Of a stretch of 64,000 nucleotides of DNA, positions 1 through 9,993 are shown one piece after another. The translations under genes and the position numbers were made by a program. Position 1 is the first letter of the stretch; every line of letters starts with the position of its first letter. The stretch is from an uncultured Actinomycetes bacterium (GTDB taxonomy: Bacteria > Actinomycetota > Acidimicrobiia > IMCC26256 > PALSA-610), in assembly GCA_963812205.1 (NCBI GenBank), contig CAWEUJ010000004.1:1257315-1321314 (forward strand), in the 5' to 3' direction. The notes beneath the pieces were generated by a model. It made no database searches. It was not told the origin of the DNA and was given only the letters and a program-made list of their open reading frames with translations.

Positions 1-110
1 ACTCCCCGGAATCTCTCAGGCACCCGAACCGTCGGAGCGAGGCAACTCTGGAGTTCCGCGACAGAGGGGGAGTCGGGCCGTGCGCGGCTCGCACCCACGA
101 CGCGGAACGA
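1..110 (+). promoter_or_regulatory. Glycine riboswitch-like leader (gcvT motif), truncated by the window start
   Basis: The leader directly 5' of gcvP contains CTCAGGCA, CGGAGCGAGGCAAC and CTCTGGAG...ACAGAGGGGGAG. These resemble conserved glycine-aptamer core segments. A glycine-cleavage gene is the canonical context. No covariance model was run. Confidence 0.5.
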
Positions 111-123
111 GAGGTTTCCCGCC

Positions 124-2986
124 ATGCCCGACCAGCTGGCCAATGCAGATTCCGGTTTGGAGGCATTCGTCGACCGCCACATCGGTCCGCGACCGGTCGA
201 CCAGGCCACGATGCTCGCGACGTTGAACTTCGGCTCGCTGGCCGAACTCGTGGATGCCGCGGTCCCGTCGGTGATCCGCGAGCCCGTTGCGCTTTCACTG
301 GTCGAGCCGATGTCGGAGACCGAGGCGCTCGCCCGGTTACGGGAGCTCGCCGGGCGCAACGAGCTGTTCACCTCGCTGATCGGGCTCGGCTACCACGACA
401 CGATCACGCCCGGTGTCATCGTGCGCAACGTGCTGGAGAACCCGGCCTGGTACACCGCGTACACGCCGTACCAGCCCGAGATCAGCCAGGGCCGGCTCGA
501 GGCGTTGCTGAACTTTCAGACCATGGTGAGCGACCTCACCGGCATGGACCTCGCGAACGCGTCGCTTCTCGACGAGGGCACGGCCGCGGCCGAGGCCATG
601 GCGATGTTGCACCGCATCAATGCGAAGCAGGGCGTGGTCTTCCTGGTCGATGCCGACGCCCATCCCCAGACCGTCGACGTGGTCCGCACGCGCGCCGTTC
701 CCCTCGGGATCGAAGTGGTGGTGGGCGATCCGCATTCCGGCGATCGAATCGACGGGTGCTTCGGTGTCTTGGTGCAGTATCCCGGGAGCAGTGGTCGCCT
801 GCCCGACCTCGCGCCCACGATCGAGCGCGCGCACGCCAACGGCGCGCTTGTCTGCGTCGCCGCCGACCTGCTCGCGCTCACGTTGGTCACGCCACCCGGT
901 GAGATGGGCGCCGACGCAGTGTTGGGCACGACGCAACGTTTCGGGGTGCCGCTCGGTTTCGGCGGCCCGCATGCCGCGTATCTCGCGGTGCGCGACGAGC
1001 ATCGGCGCACCCTGGCCGGTCGGCTCGTCGGCGTCTCGATCGACGCGCAGGGTCGTACCGCGTTCCGCCTCGCGCTGCAGACGCGCGAGCAGCACATCCG
1101 GCGGGAGAAGGCGACGAGCAACATCTGCACCGCGCAGGTCCTGCTCGCCGTCATCGCCGGTCTCTACGCCGCGTATCACGGAGCGGACGGGCTACGCGCG
1201 ATCGCCCGGCGCGTCCACGGATTGACCGCCGGCCTGGCGAGGTCGCTGCGCGCAGGCGGCGTCGAGGTCGTGCACAGCCACTTCTTCGACACGCTGACGG
1301 TCCGCGTACCGGGCCGTGCCGCCGAAGTGTTGGCGGCCGCCGCGGCGCGCCGGATCAACCTGCGCCTGGTCGACGCCGACACGCTCGGAATCGCGCTCGA
1401 CGAGACGACGACGCCCGCGGTCGTCGCGGGGGTGCTGGCCGCGTTCGGTATCGATGGCTCGGCCGACGCGCCGGCAGGCGAGGGCGCGATCCCGGCGGCG
1501 CTCGTGCGCACCTCCGAGTTCCTCACGCATCCCGCGTTCAATGTGCACCGTTCCGAACATCAGATGCTGCGCTACCTGCGTCGGCTCGCGGATCGCGACC
1601 TGGCGCTCGACCGCACGATGATCCCGCTCGGATCGTGCACGATGAAGCTGAACGCGACCGCGGAGATGGAACCCATCACATGGCCGGAGTTCGCGCGTAT
1701 TCATCCGTACGCGCCGATAGGCCAGGCGCGCGGATACCTCGAGCTCTTCGACGACCTCGAGCGTTGGTTGGCCGAGATCACCGGTTACGACGCGGTCTCG
1801 CTGCAACCGAACGCCGGTTCGCAGGGTGAGTACGCGGGCCTGCTCGCGATCCGCAAGTACCACGCGTCGCGCAATGAGGCACACCGGCAGGTGTGCCTCA
1901 TCCCCGCGTCGGCGCACGGCACCAACGCGGCGTCGGCCGCGATGGCGGGTATGCGCGTGGTCGTGGTCACGTGCGATGACCAGGGCAACGTCGATCTCGA
2001 CGATCTCGAGGCGAAGGCCGTCGAGCACGCCGACAACCTTGCCGCGCTCATGGTCACCTACCCGTCGACGCACGGTGTGTACGAAGAGGCGATCCGACAG
2101 ATCTGCGCCATCGTGCACGAGCAGGGCGGTCAGGTGTATCTCGATGGCGCGAACCTCAACGCGCTGGTGGGCGTCGCGCGTGCCCGGCAAGTTCGGTGCC
2201 GACGTGTCGCACCTGAACCTGCACAAGACGTTCTGCATCCCGCACGGCGGTGGCGGTCCCGGGGTGGGGCCGATCGGCGTGCGTGCGCACCTCGCGCCGT
2301 TCCTGCCCAACAACCCGTTGCGGCCCGAGGCCGGGCCGGCGACCGGCGTCGGCGCGATCAGTGCCGCGCCGTGGGGATCGGCGGGGATCCTGCCGATCCC
2401 GTGGATGTACGTGCAGATGATGGGGGGCGCCGGGCTCACGCAGGCGACGCATGTCGCGATCCTCAACGCGAACTACCTCGCGCGTCGGCTCGCTCCGTAC
2501 TACCCGGTGCTCTACACGGGTTCGAACGGGCTCGTCGCGCACGAGTGCATCATCGACATCCGACCGATCACGCACGACACGGGCGTCACGGTCGACGACA
2601 TCGCCAAGCGCCTGATCGACTATGGCTTCCACGCGCCGACGATGTCGTTTCCGGTCGCGGGCACGCTGATGATCGAGCCGACCGAGTCGGAAGACCTCGG
2701 TGAGCTCGACCGGTTCGTCGACGCGATGATCGCGATCCGGTCCGAGATCACCAGGGTGGGGGCCGGAGAATGGCCGGCGGACGACAACCCGCTCGTGCAC
2801 GCGCCCCACACCGCCGAGGACGTGGCCGCCGACGATTGGTCGCGCTCGTATCCGCGTGAGCTCGCCGCCTTCCCGGTCGCCACGCTGCGGCACGCGAAGT
2901 ACTGGCCGCCGGTCGGTCGCATCGACGGCGTCTACGGCGACCGCAACGTGTTCTGCAGCTGTCCGCCCATCGAGGCGTACGCGTAG
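124..2986 (+). pseudogene. gcvP: Glycine dehydrogenase (decarboxylating) GcvP, interrupted by a +1 frameshift near 2180
   Basis: ORF 124..2703 reads as GcvP up to ...[17 protein letters not shown] and then becomes Arg/Pro-rich nonsense. ORF 1826..2986 in the next frame continues [32 protein letters not shown]... to the C-terminal CPPIEAYA. One extra G after CGT at about 2182 explains the shift. Confidence 0.8.
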
Positions 2987-3007
2987 CTCCCGGGCGTACG
3001 CAGGTGT

Positions 3008-3448
3008 TCAGCGGGTTTCGGCCCAGCCGCCCGGCGTGTGCCCGTCGGTGCGGACGAGCCGGTGCGCGAACACCCAACGGTCACCTTCGGGAACGAATCG
3101 GTCCTTGTAACGCCCCCAGTGGTCGACGCCGGCACCCGTCATCACCGTGAAATAGCTGGTCGCCGTCGCGTCGGCCGGCGAGACGATGTCGACGCGCACG
3201 CTCGAGACGTGGTGTTGCATCCGTCCCGGTGGCGCGGTCGTGACGACGTCGCTGCCGACCCCCCGAAAGAAGCCGAGGATCGCGTCGCGTCCGTGCGCGA
3301 CGGCACCGCCTGTGCCTTGGACCTCGAGCATCCCGTCGACGGCGAACAGCGCGGCGACGTCCTCGAACCGCCCGTTGTCGGCGGCATACGTGTACGACGC
3401 GATCGTGTGCCGCACCGCTTCTCGCGCGCTCAACTCCCACGGTTCCAC
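3008..3448 (-). CDS. SnoaL-like / NTF2-fold protein
   Basis: 146 aa. The AREAVRHTIASYTYAADNGRFEDVAALFAVDG...RYKDRFVPEGDRWVFAHR pattern is typical of SnoaL_4/NTF2-like proteins. Confidence 0.65.
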   Translation of the reverse strand: MEPWELSAREAVRHTIASYTYAADNGRFEDVAALFAVDGMLEVQGTGGAVAHGRDAILGFFRGVGSDVVTTAPPGRMQHHVSSVRVDIVSPADATATSYFTVMTGAGVDHWGRYKDRFVPEGDRWVFAHRLVRTDGHTPGGWAETR

Positions 3449-3605
3449 GGCCGTGGACGCTACTCATCGCGGCCACGCTCACGAAGACGGCTCCCGCGAA
3501 AACGAGGTGCAAGCACGCGCGCTAGCACGGGTGCTAGCGCGGGTGCGAGCACTCCGAATTCGGGGCACGCTGCGTTTTGGGCCGTGACGCGATCAGTCCA
3601 GGCGG

Positions 3606-3635
3606 CGATCAGCCGAGGCGCGATCAGCCGAGGCG
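3606..3635. repeat. 15-bp tandem duplication (CGATCAGCCGAGGCG x2) spanning the stop codon of the J-domain gene
   Basis: Read directly. The copies lie at 3606-3620 and 3621-3635. The second copy holds the TGA (3624-3626, minus strand). A partial third copy (GCGATCAG) lies at about 3588. Confidence 0.8.
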
Positions 3636-3950
3636 CGCGGTCGCGGCTTGCAGCAGGTCGGCGAAGGCGCGCTTCGGCGCGGGGCGTCGAGGTGAGTCGT
3701 AGGCGTCGAACCGGGGGCGGATCGCCGCCGGTGGCAGGGGAACGCGAACGGTCGAGCGGGCTTCGAGGGTCTCGACGACCGGGTCGAGGGCGACGAGCGC
3801 GTCGGTCAGCTCGGCGAAGGCGGCGCGGTCGCCGCCGTGGTCGGGGTGGGTGACGAGCGCCCGGGCCCGAAAGGCGCGACGAATCTCGGTGGGTCCGGCG
3901 TCGTCGCCGACGCCGAGCACAATGCGTGCGCGACGGCCGTCCATGGCCAC
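3624..3950 (-). CDS. J-domain (DnaJ N-terminal domain) protein without Zn-finger or C-terminal domains
   Basis: 108 aa. It has GVGDDAGPTEIRRAFRARALVTHPDHGGD with the diagnostic HPD tripeptide. Confidence 0.7.
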   Translation of the reverse strand: MAMDGRRARIVLGVGDDAGPTEIRRAFRARALVTHPDHGGDRAAFAELTDALVALDPVVETLEARSTVRVPLPPAAIRPRFDAYDSPRRPAPKRAFADLLQAATARLG

Positions 3951-4028
3951 CTCGTCCTTGAGTCCTGCTCCCGTCCTGGGAGCGCTTGCACCGCGGATCC
4001 TTCCGCAGCTCTGTCTGATCGGCGCCCG

Positions 4029-4424
4029 CTAGGCGGGGCTGAACCAAAGGAGCCCGACGGTGTCGGAAGCGTGCTCGATCTCGACGACGACGGGGAGATC
4101 GAGCACCAATTCGGACGGTTCGAGACCGCGCAGGTTGCCCACCAGCCGCGGGCCCTCTTCCAGCTCGACGACCAGGATCGCGTACGGCGGGGTGAACGCG
4201 GGATCGACGGCCCGGTGGGTGACGGTCCACGAGTAGACGTGGCCGCGCCCCGTTGCGGGTTCCCACGTCACGTCGTGCGAGCCGCAATGGGCGCAACGAA
4301 GGCGCGGCGGGTGGCGCCAGGTGTTGCACGCGGAACACCGCTGCAGCCGCAACTCGCCCCGGGCCAAGAACGCGTAGAACTCCCCGTTGAGCCCGAACGC
4401 GGCCGGCAACAAGCGATCGCTCAT
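4029..4424 (-). CDS. DUF35 OB-fold / Zn-ribbon protein (thiolase partner)
   Basis: The internal start [10 protein letters not shown]... sits 4 nt into the thiolase stop (ATGA overlap). It has the CxxC...CxxC ribbon ([20 protein letters not shown]) followed by an OB-fold-like segment. Confidence 0.8.
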   Translation of the reverse strand: MSDRLLPAAFGLNGEFYAFLARGELRLQRCSACNTWRHPPRLRCAHCGSHDVTWEPATGRGHVYSWTVTHRAVDPAFTPPYAILVVELEEGPRLVGNLRGLEPSELVLDLPVVVEIEHASDTVGLLWFSPA

Positions 4425-5620
4425 CGGTCGTGCGCCAACACGACGATGCTGCCGTCGCCGAAGTCTCCCCAACCCGTGACGCAACCGATCTCCGCATTCG
4501 CGACCTGCGCCGCGCCCGCCTCGCCGCGGAGTTGGCGCACGGCCTCGACCACGTGGTTCATGCCCCACATGTGTCCCTGCGACAACAACCCGCCGTGGGT
4601 GTTCGTCGGGAGTGCGCCACCGTCGAGCCGGAGCACACCGTCGCGCACGAACGCGCCCGCTTCACCGCGATCGCACAACCCGAGTGCCTCGAGCTGCAGC
4701 AACACCACGTAGGTAAAGCAGTCGTAGATCTCCATGAAGTCGAGCTCGGCGGCGCGCACGCCCGCCGCGCCGAGCGCCCGCGGCGCCGCGTCGGTGAGAC
4801 CGATGCAGAACATGTCGGGCCGGTTGGCGATGTCGTCGGCCGGGTAGGGGTGGCCCTCCGCTCCGGCGAGGATCACCACGGGTTCGTGCGGCATGTCGCG
4901 TGCCGTTTCGACGGCGCTGACCACCACCGCGGCCGCGCAGTCGGTTTCGAGACAGCAGTCGTAGAGCCGGAACGGCTCCGACACCCAACGGGCACCGAGG
5001 TACTCCTCCATGGTCAACGGTGTCCCCCGCATGAGGGCTCGCTCGTTGAGCTGGGCGTGAGCTCGGAACGTCACCGCGATCTCACCGGTGTCGGTGTCGA
5101 GCGTTCCATAGAGCTGCTTGTGCCGCATCGCGATCCACGAATAGAACTGCGCGGCAGACCGGGCGCCGTACGGCAGGTAGTAGTCGAGGACGACGTCGCC
5201 CACTGCGCTGCCGTCCATACCGCGGCGCGGTTGCGGCACACCTTCTCGCGGGCGGAACGCCGAGTAGCCGTTCCAACCGACGACGACGAGCACATGGCGC
5301 GCAACGCCTGCCGCCACCGCCATCGCCGCGTGTTGGAGCGACGCGGTCGGGCTCGCGCCACCCATGTGCACTGTGGTCGCCAGGCGCAGCGTGTCGATCC
5401 CGAGGTTGGCCGCGAGCTCCTCGCTCGTGGTGTAGCCCGGCGGAGGAATGATCCCGTCGATGTCGGTGGCGCGCAGACCGGCGTCGGCGATGGCGGCGTC
5501 GGCCGCCTGGAGGATCAGCTCGACGGGCAGGAACGGCGCGCCCCGCATGTAGTCGGTCTCGCCGATGCCGACGATCGCTGCCCGCCCCCCGAATCCCGAT
5601 CCCAACCCAGTGTCGCCCAC
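4421..5620 (-). CDS. Thiolase-like protein (SCP-x / lipid-transfer type acetyl-CoA acetyltransferase family)
   Basis: 399 aa. [11 protein letters not shown]..., the thiolase fold pattern and the C-terminal [11 protein letters not shown] are typical of non-condensing thiolase-like proteins paired with DUF35. Confidence 0.85.
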   Translation of the reverse strand: MGDTGLGSGFGGRAAIVGIGETDYMRGAPFLPVELILQAADAAIADAGLRATDIDGIIPPPGYTTSEELAANLGIDTLRLATTVHMGGASPTASLQHAAMAVAAGVARHVLVVVGWNGYSAFRPREGVPQPRRGMDGSAVGDVVLDYYLPYGARSAAQFYSWIAMRHKQLYGTLDTDTGEIAVTFRAHAQLNERALMRGTPLTMEEYLGARWVSEPFRLYDCCLETDCAAAVVVSAVETARDMPHEPVVILAGAEGHPYPADDIANRPDMFCIGLTDAAPRALGAAGVRAAELDFMEIYDCFTYVVLLQLEALGLCDRGEAGAFVRDGVLRLDGGALPTNTHGGLLSQGHMWGMNHVVEAVRQLRGEAGAAQVANAEIGCVTGWGDFGDGSIVVLAHDR

Positions 5621-5729
5621 GGCGGTGGAACCTAGTTGGCGCCGCCGGGCGGCCTTTGGGTGAATCGCTCCCTTTCGGAGCCGATCCTCCGGTCGCTACC
5701 CTTTCAGGAGTGGTGGGGGCTCTGGGGGA

Positions 5730-8270
5730 TTGATGACGTTGTCTGAGCGCTGGCGGCGTACCCGCGGGTATCGACGCGGCCGCGCGGCTGGTCTGGTCGC
5801 GGGCGTTCTCGTCGCGGGTGTGATCACGGTCGCCGGCGCGGAGCCGGCGTGGGCATTGCCGCCGGATGCTCCGGCGCAGCCGTCGGTGGTGGCGGGTGAT
5901 GCGAGTGTGGTGGTGACGTTCGTGGCGCCGGCGGATGGTGGTTCGGCGATCACGGGGTATACGGCGGCGTGTTCGTCGTCGGATGGTGGTGCGGCGGGTT
6001 CGGTGGGTGGGGTGTCGTCGCCGATCACGGTGACGGGTTTGACGAACGGCAAGACGTATACGTGCACGGTGTTCGCGACGAATGCTGATGGTGACGGTCC
6101 GGTGTCGCCGGCGTCGGTGGCGGTGGTGCCGAGCACGGTTCCGGATGCTCCGGCGCAGCCGTCGGTGGTGGCGGGTGATGCGAGTGTGGTGGTGACGTTC
6201 GTGGCGCCGGCGGATGGTGGTTCGGCGATCACGGGGTATACGGCGGCGTGTTCGTCGTCGGATGGTGGTGCGGCGGGTTCGGTGGGTGGGGTGTCGTCGC
6301 CGATCACGGTGACGGGTTTGACGAACGGCAAGACGTATACGTGCACGGTGTTCGCGACGAATGCTGATGGTGACGGTCCGGTGTCGCCGGCGTCGGTGGC
6401 GGTGGTGCCGAGCACGGTTCCGGATGCTCCGGCGCAGCCGTCGGTGGTGGCGGGTGATGCGAGTGTGGTGGTGACGTTCGTGGCGCCGGCGGATGGTGGT
6501 TCGGCGATCACGGGGTATACGGCGGCGTGTTCGTCGTCGGATGGTGGTGCGGCGGGTTCGGTGGGTGGGGTGTCGTCGCCGATCACGGTGACGGGTTTGA
6601 CGAACGGCAAGACGTATACGTGCACGGTGTTCGCGACGAATGCTGATGGTGACGGTCCGGTGTCGCCGGCGTCGGTGGCGGTGGTGCCGAGCACGGTTCC
6701 GGATGCTCCGGCGCAGCCGTCGGTGGTGGCGGGTGATGCGAGTGTGGTGGTGACGTTCGTGGCGCCGGCGGATGGTGGTTCGGCGATCACGGGGTATACG
6801 GCGGCGTGTTCGTCGTCGGATGGTGGTGCGGCGGGTTCGGTGGGTGGGGTGTCGTCGCCGATCACGGTGACGGGTTTGACGAACGGCAAGACGTATACGT
6901 GCACGGTGTTCGCGACGAATGCTGATGGTGACGGTCCGGTGTCGCCGGCGTCGGTGGCGGTGGTGCCGAGTGCCCGGCCGGACGCGCCCGCACCGCCGGC
7001 GGTGGTCGGCGGGAACGGTCGGATCACGGTCACGTTCGTGGCGCCGGCCGATGGTGGCTCGGCCATCACGGGATTCACCGCCTCCTGCACGTCGTCCAAT
7101 GGCGGCGCGGCGCGCTCTCTCGCCGGCCTGGCGTCGCCGATCACGGTGACGGGTTTGACGAACGGCAAGACGTATACGTGCACGGTGTTCGCGACGAACG
7201 CGAACGGCCCGGGCGCGAGCTCCGCTGCATCCGCGGCGGTGATCCCGAAAACCGTTCCGAGCCGGCCGATGGCACCCGCCGTCTCCGTCGGGAACGGTCG
7301 GATCGTCGTGTGGTTCCAAGCTCCTGGAACCGGCGGTTCGCCGATCACTTCGTATCGAGCGCACTGCGGAGCGACCAACGGCGGCTCGAGTAACACGACG
7401 ACCGGCCGGCAATCGCCGATCACCGTGACCGGGCTCACGAACGGTTCGACCTACGTTTGCGCAATCGTCGCGATCAACGCCGTCGGCGCCAGCGCGAGTT
7501 CGCCGGGTTCACGCGCGGTCGTTCCGTTCGGCAGTGGCTTTCGGATGTTCTCCGGCGACGGAGGTGTCTTCGCGTTCGGCGACTCGGGGTTCTACGGCGC
7601 GGCCACCGGTGCGACGCAGTCGCTCGTCGTCGGCATGGCGACGACACGAGATGGCCGCGGCTATTGGCTCGTCGCGCAGGATGGCAGCGTGTTCCACTTC
7701 GGTGACGCGGGAGCCTTCGGTTCGATGTCCGGCGTGCACCTCAACCGTCCGATGGTCGGCATCGCGGCGACACCCTCGGGACGCGGATATTGGCTCGTTG
7801 CCTCGGACGGCGGGATCTTCGCGTTCGGCGACGCTCGGTTCTACGGATCGACCGGCAACATCCGTCTGAACCAGCCCATCGTCGGCATGACGTCGACGGC
7901 ATCGGGACGCGGATACTGGTTCGTCGCGGCCGACGGTGGGGTGTTCGCGTACGGCGACGCGCGCTTCTTCGGATCGGCGGCCGGTCGGAGCACGTCCGTC
8001 GTCGGGATGGCGACGACCGGCACGGGACACGGATACTGGATCGCGTCCGCGGACGGTCAGGTGTTCGGGTTCGGCGACGCCAGGGTTTCGCGATCCGGTC
8101 CCATTCTCGGTCTCCGGCTGCCGATCATGGGCATCGAGGCCACTCCCGATGGCGGGGGCTACTGGATGGCCGGCGCCGACGGCGGGCTCTTCGTCTCGGG
8201 TGACGCGCCCTACATCCACTGGCCCGGACCTCTGCTGCTGCGCAGGATCATCCGGGGCATCAGTCGCTGA
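5730..8270 (+). CDS. Secreted protein: signal peptide, six fibronectin type III domains, and a C-terminal six-fold ~40-aa repeat module
   Basis: 846 aa. The N-terminus is RR-containing and hydrophobic, ending AEPAWA. There are six 93-aa units of the form PDAPAQPSVVAGDASVVVTFVAPADGGSAITGYTAAC...TVTGLTNGKTYTCTVFATNADG (FN3 signature). These are followed by repeats of GYWLVAxDGGVFAFGDAxFYGS. Confidence 0.85.
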   Translation: MMTLSERWRRTRGYRRGRAAGLVAGVLVAGVITVAGAEPAWALPPDAPAQPSVVAGDASVVVTFVAPADGGSAITGYTAACSSSDGGAAGSVGGVSSPITVTGLTNGKTYTCTVFATNADGDGPVSPASVAVVPSTVPDAPAQPSVVAGDASVVVTFVAPADGGSAITGYTAACSSSDGGAAGSVGGVSSPITVTGLTNGKTYTCTVFATNADGDGPVSPASVAVVPSTVPDAPAQPSVVAGDASVVVTFVAPADGGSAITGYTAACSSSDGGAAGSVGGVSSPITVTGLTNGKTYTCTVFATNADGDGPVSPASVAVVPSTVPDAPAQPSVVAGDASVVVTFVAPADGGSAITGYTAACSSSDGGAAGSVGGVSSPITVTGLTNGKTYTCTVFATNADGDGPVSPASVAVVPSARPDAPAPPAVVGGNGRITVTFVAPADGGSAITGFTASCTSSNGGAARSLAGLASPITVTGLTNGKTYTCTVFATNANGPGASSAASAAVIPKTVPSRPMAPAVSVGNGRIVVWFQAPGTGGSPITSYRAHCGATNGGSSNTTTGRQSPITVTGLTNGSTYVCAIVAINAVGASASSPGSRAVVPFGSGFRMFSGDGGVFAFGDSGFYGAATGATQSLVVGMATTRDGRGYWLVAQDGSVFHFGDAGAFGSMSGVHLNRPMVGIAATPSGRGYWLVASDGGIFAFGDARFYGSTGNIRLNQPIVGMTSTASGRGYWFVAADGGVFAYGDARFFGSAAGRSTSVVGMATTGTGHGYWIASADGQVFGFGDARVSRSGPILGLRLPIMGIEATPDGGGYWMAGADGGLFVSGDAPYIHWPGPLLLRRIIRGISR
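5862..6977 (+). repeat. Four tandem copies of a 279-bp unit, nucleotide-identical from 5862 to about 6970 (one FN3 domain per unit)
   Basis: Unit starts are at 5862, 6141, 6420 and 6699. I compared copies 1 and 2 base by base and found no differences. Copies 3 and 4 give identical translation and look identical on inspection, but I did not compare them base by base. Two diverged copies follow (6978-7535) and retain an identical 62-nt core at about 7137-7198. Confidence 0.9.
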
Positions 8271-8478
8271 CGACGACGCGACGCCGGCGCGTACGACGGC
8301 AACGGCCCCCGCGACATTGCGGAGACCGTTCCCGTCATAGCACGTCTGAAGTTCGCTGAGGGGCGAACCGTTCACAGCATCGGTCGGTCGACCCCGCCGA
8401 CGTGAGGTTCCGTGACGATTGTCACATGCGTAGCGCGCGGGGGAGCTGGGAGCCTCGCGCCGGCCGTCCGCGCGCCGC

Positions 8479-9840
8479 TCAGTGCGCGGCGGCGAGCGCG
8501 ACCGCGGTGGTGTGCGTCGTCGCGGGTTCGCCCCACGCCGTCGCGTTACCGAACGCGACGACCTGGCCGTCGGACAACAGCATCCAGTAGCCGCCGCCGG
8601 CCGGCGTCTGCGCGAATGCCAGCGCGGTCGGCCCGGGACACCAGCCCGCGCCGGGGATGGAGCCGGCGAACGGCGCGTGACCGAAGCTGAAAAGGCCGCC
8701 GTCGCTCGCGAGCAACATGTAGCCGTTCCCGTCCGGGGTCGCGATCATCGACGTCACGGGCGCGGCGAGCTTCATGGCGCCTGTCGATCCGCGGAAGCGC
8801 GCGTCGCCGAAGCTGAACACGCCACCGTCGGCGCCGAGTAGCCAGTAGCCACGGCCACGGGGCGTCGCGGCCATCGAGACGATGGGCGAGTTCAACGTCA
8901 TCGAGCCGGTCGAGCCGTAGAAGTGCGCGTCGCCGTAGCTGAAGATGCCGCCGTCGCGCGCGAGCAGCCAGTAGCCGTTACCGGTGGCGGTCGGCGCGAT
9001 CCCGAGGACGGGTTGGTTCAGCCCGATCGTGTCGGCGCCGCCATAGTCGTGTGCGGTGCCGAACGCGTGCACTGTTCCGTGCGCGGTGACCGTCCAGTAA
9101 CCATGGCCGTCCGGTGTCGAAGCGAGCGCGACGTAGGGGTCGCCGGGTGCCGCCGCGGGCGCGTTGGCGAACTTCGGAACACTCCCGAACGCGAGCACCG
9201 TGCCTTGCGCGCTCAAGGTCCAGAATCCCTGCCCGGCCGCCGCGCTCGGATGCGCGGTGGGGTTGGTCGGGTATGCACACAGGCCGTTCGCACCGGCTCC
9301 CTGGGCGAGCCGCAACGACGTGTAGGGGTCGATGAACGTGTCATCCGGTCGGTGCAGTTCGAAGTGCAGGTGCGGGTCGGTCGTCTCGGCCTCCCCGCTG
9401 TCGCCCATGTACGCGATGAACTGGCCGCGCTTCACGTGCACGCCTTCGGCGATACCCGGGGCGAAGCGCCACCGTGGCGGGTTCGCACCGTCGTCGGTGC
9501 CGGGCGTGTCGTTGTTGATGTGGATGTACCAGTACTTCCACCCGTCGGTACCGGTGAGGATGAGCATGTTCCCCGAGTGACCACTCGAGTCGCCGCGCAC
9601 GAACGTGATCGTCCCGTCGTTCGCGGCGAGCTCGTGATCGAGCTTGGCGCCCATGAGGTCGTTGCCGGGGTGCTGGCGGACACCACCGAAGTCGTCGTAG
9701 TAGTGCACGGGCTCGCGGACCGGGAACGTCAACGGGTGGTACTCGGTGTGGTTCGGCGTGAACGCGGCCTGCGCGTTCGGCGCGCCCGCGACGAAGAGTG
9801 CGACGGCCGCGACCGCGACAACGAGCACTCGATCCTTCAA
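8479..9840 (-). CDS. Secreted M23 family metallopeptidase fused to the same ~40-aa repeat module
   Basis: M23 motifs HPGNDL and DPHLHFELH are present. The C-terminal 249 aa consist of GYWLLARDGGIFSYGDAHFYGS-type repeats. The likely start is TTG at 9840 (LKDRVLVVAVAAVALFVAGAPNAQA signal peptide, AGGGGGA 4 nt upstream). The ORF track extends to 9975. Confidence 0.8.
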   Translation of the reverse strand: MKDRVLVVAVAAVALFVAGAPNAQAAFTPNHTEYHPLTFPVREPVHYYDDFGGVRQHPGNDLMGAKLDHELAANDGTITFVRGDSSGHSGNMLILTGTDGWKYWYIHINNDTPGTDDGANPPRWRFAPGIAEGVHVKRGQFIAYMGDSGEAETTDPHLHFELHRPDDTFIDPYTSLRLAQGAGANGLCAYPTNPTAHPSAAAGQGFWTLSAQGTVLAFGSVPKFANAPAAAPGDPYVALASTPDGHGYWTVTAHGTVHAFGTAHDYGGADTIGLNQPVLGIAPTATGNGYWLLARDGGIFSYGDAHFYGSTGSMTLNSPIVSMAATPRGRGYWLLGADGGVFSFGDARFRGSTGAMKLAAPVTSMIATPDGNGYMLLASDGGLFSFGHAPFAGSIPGAGWCPGPTALAFAQTPAGGGYWMLLSDGQVVAFGNATAWGEPATTHTTAVALAAAH

Positions 9841-9993
9841 CGGGTCCCCCTGCACCGTGCCGCTCGCCACATCGAGGCGAGTCGACGAGTCGGCTTCCCT
9901 CTTCAATTTCGGACGGGCGAGACCGACGCTTGATGAGCTCCGGGTGCCTCGAACGGGTGATATTTGCCCTCGCACGCGGCTGGTATGGTGGTA

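Noticed and set aside
3521-3556. Imperfect ~12-bp repeats (GCGCTAGCACGG GTGCTAGCGCGG GTGCGAGCAC) between the SnoaL-like and J-domain genes
   Set aside because: They are short, degenerate and GC-rich. There is no inverted symmetry and no obvious relation to a promoter on either side, so they are most likely a chance or slippage product.
5082-7412. 776-aa minus-strand ORF (and the 580-aa ORF 5696..7438) antisense to the FN3 gene, with striking internal repeats
   Set aside because: The translation is extreme Arg/His/Thr low complexity (RRRHRTVTISIRREHRARIRLAVRQTRHRDRRR...). It merely mirrors the 279-bp repeats of the plus-strand FN3 gene. In GC-rich DNA, antisense frames lack stop codons by chance.
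5862-7535. Regularly spaced direct repeats that might be mistaken for a CRISPR array
   Set aside because: The repeat unit is 279 bp with no unique spacers between units. The whole array is one in-frame coding sequence (FN3 domains), and no cas genes are nearby.
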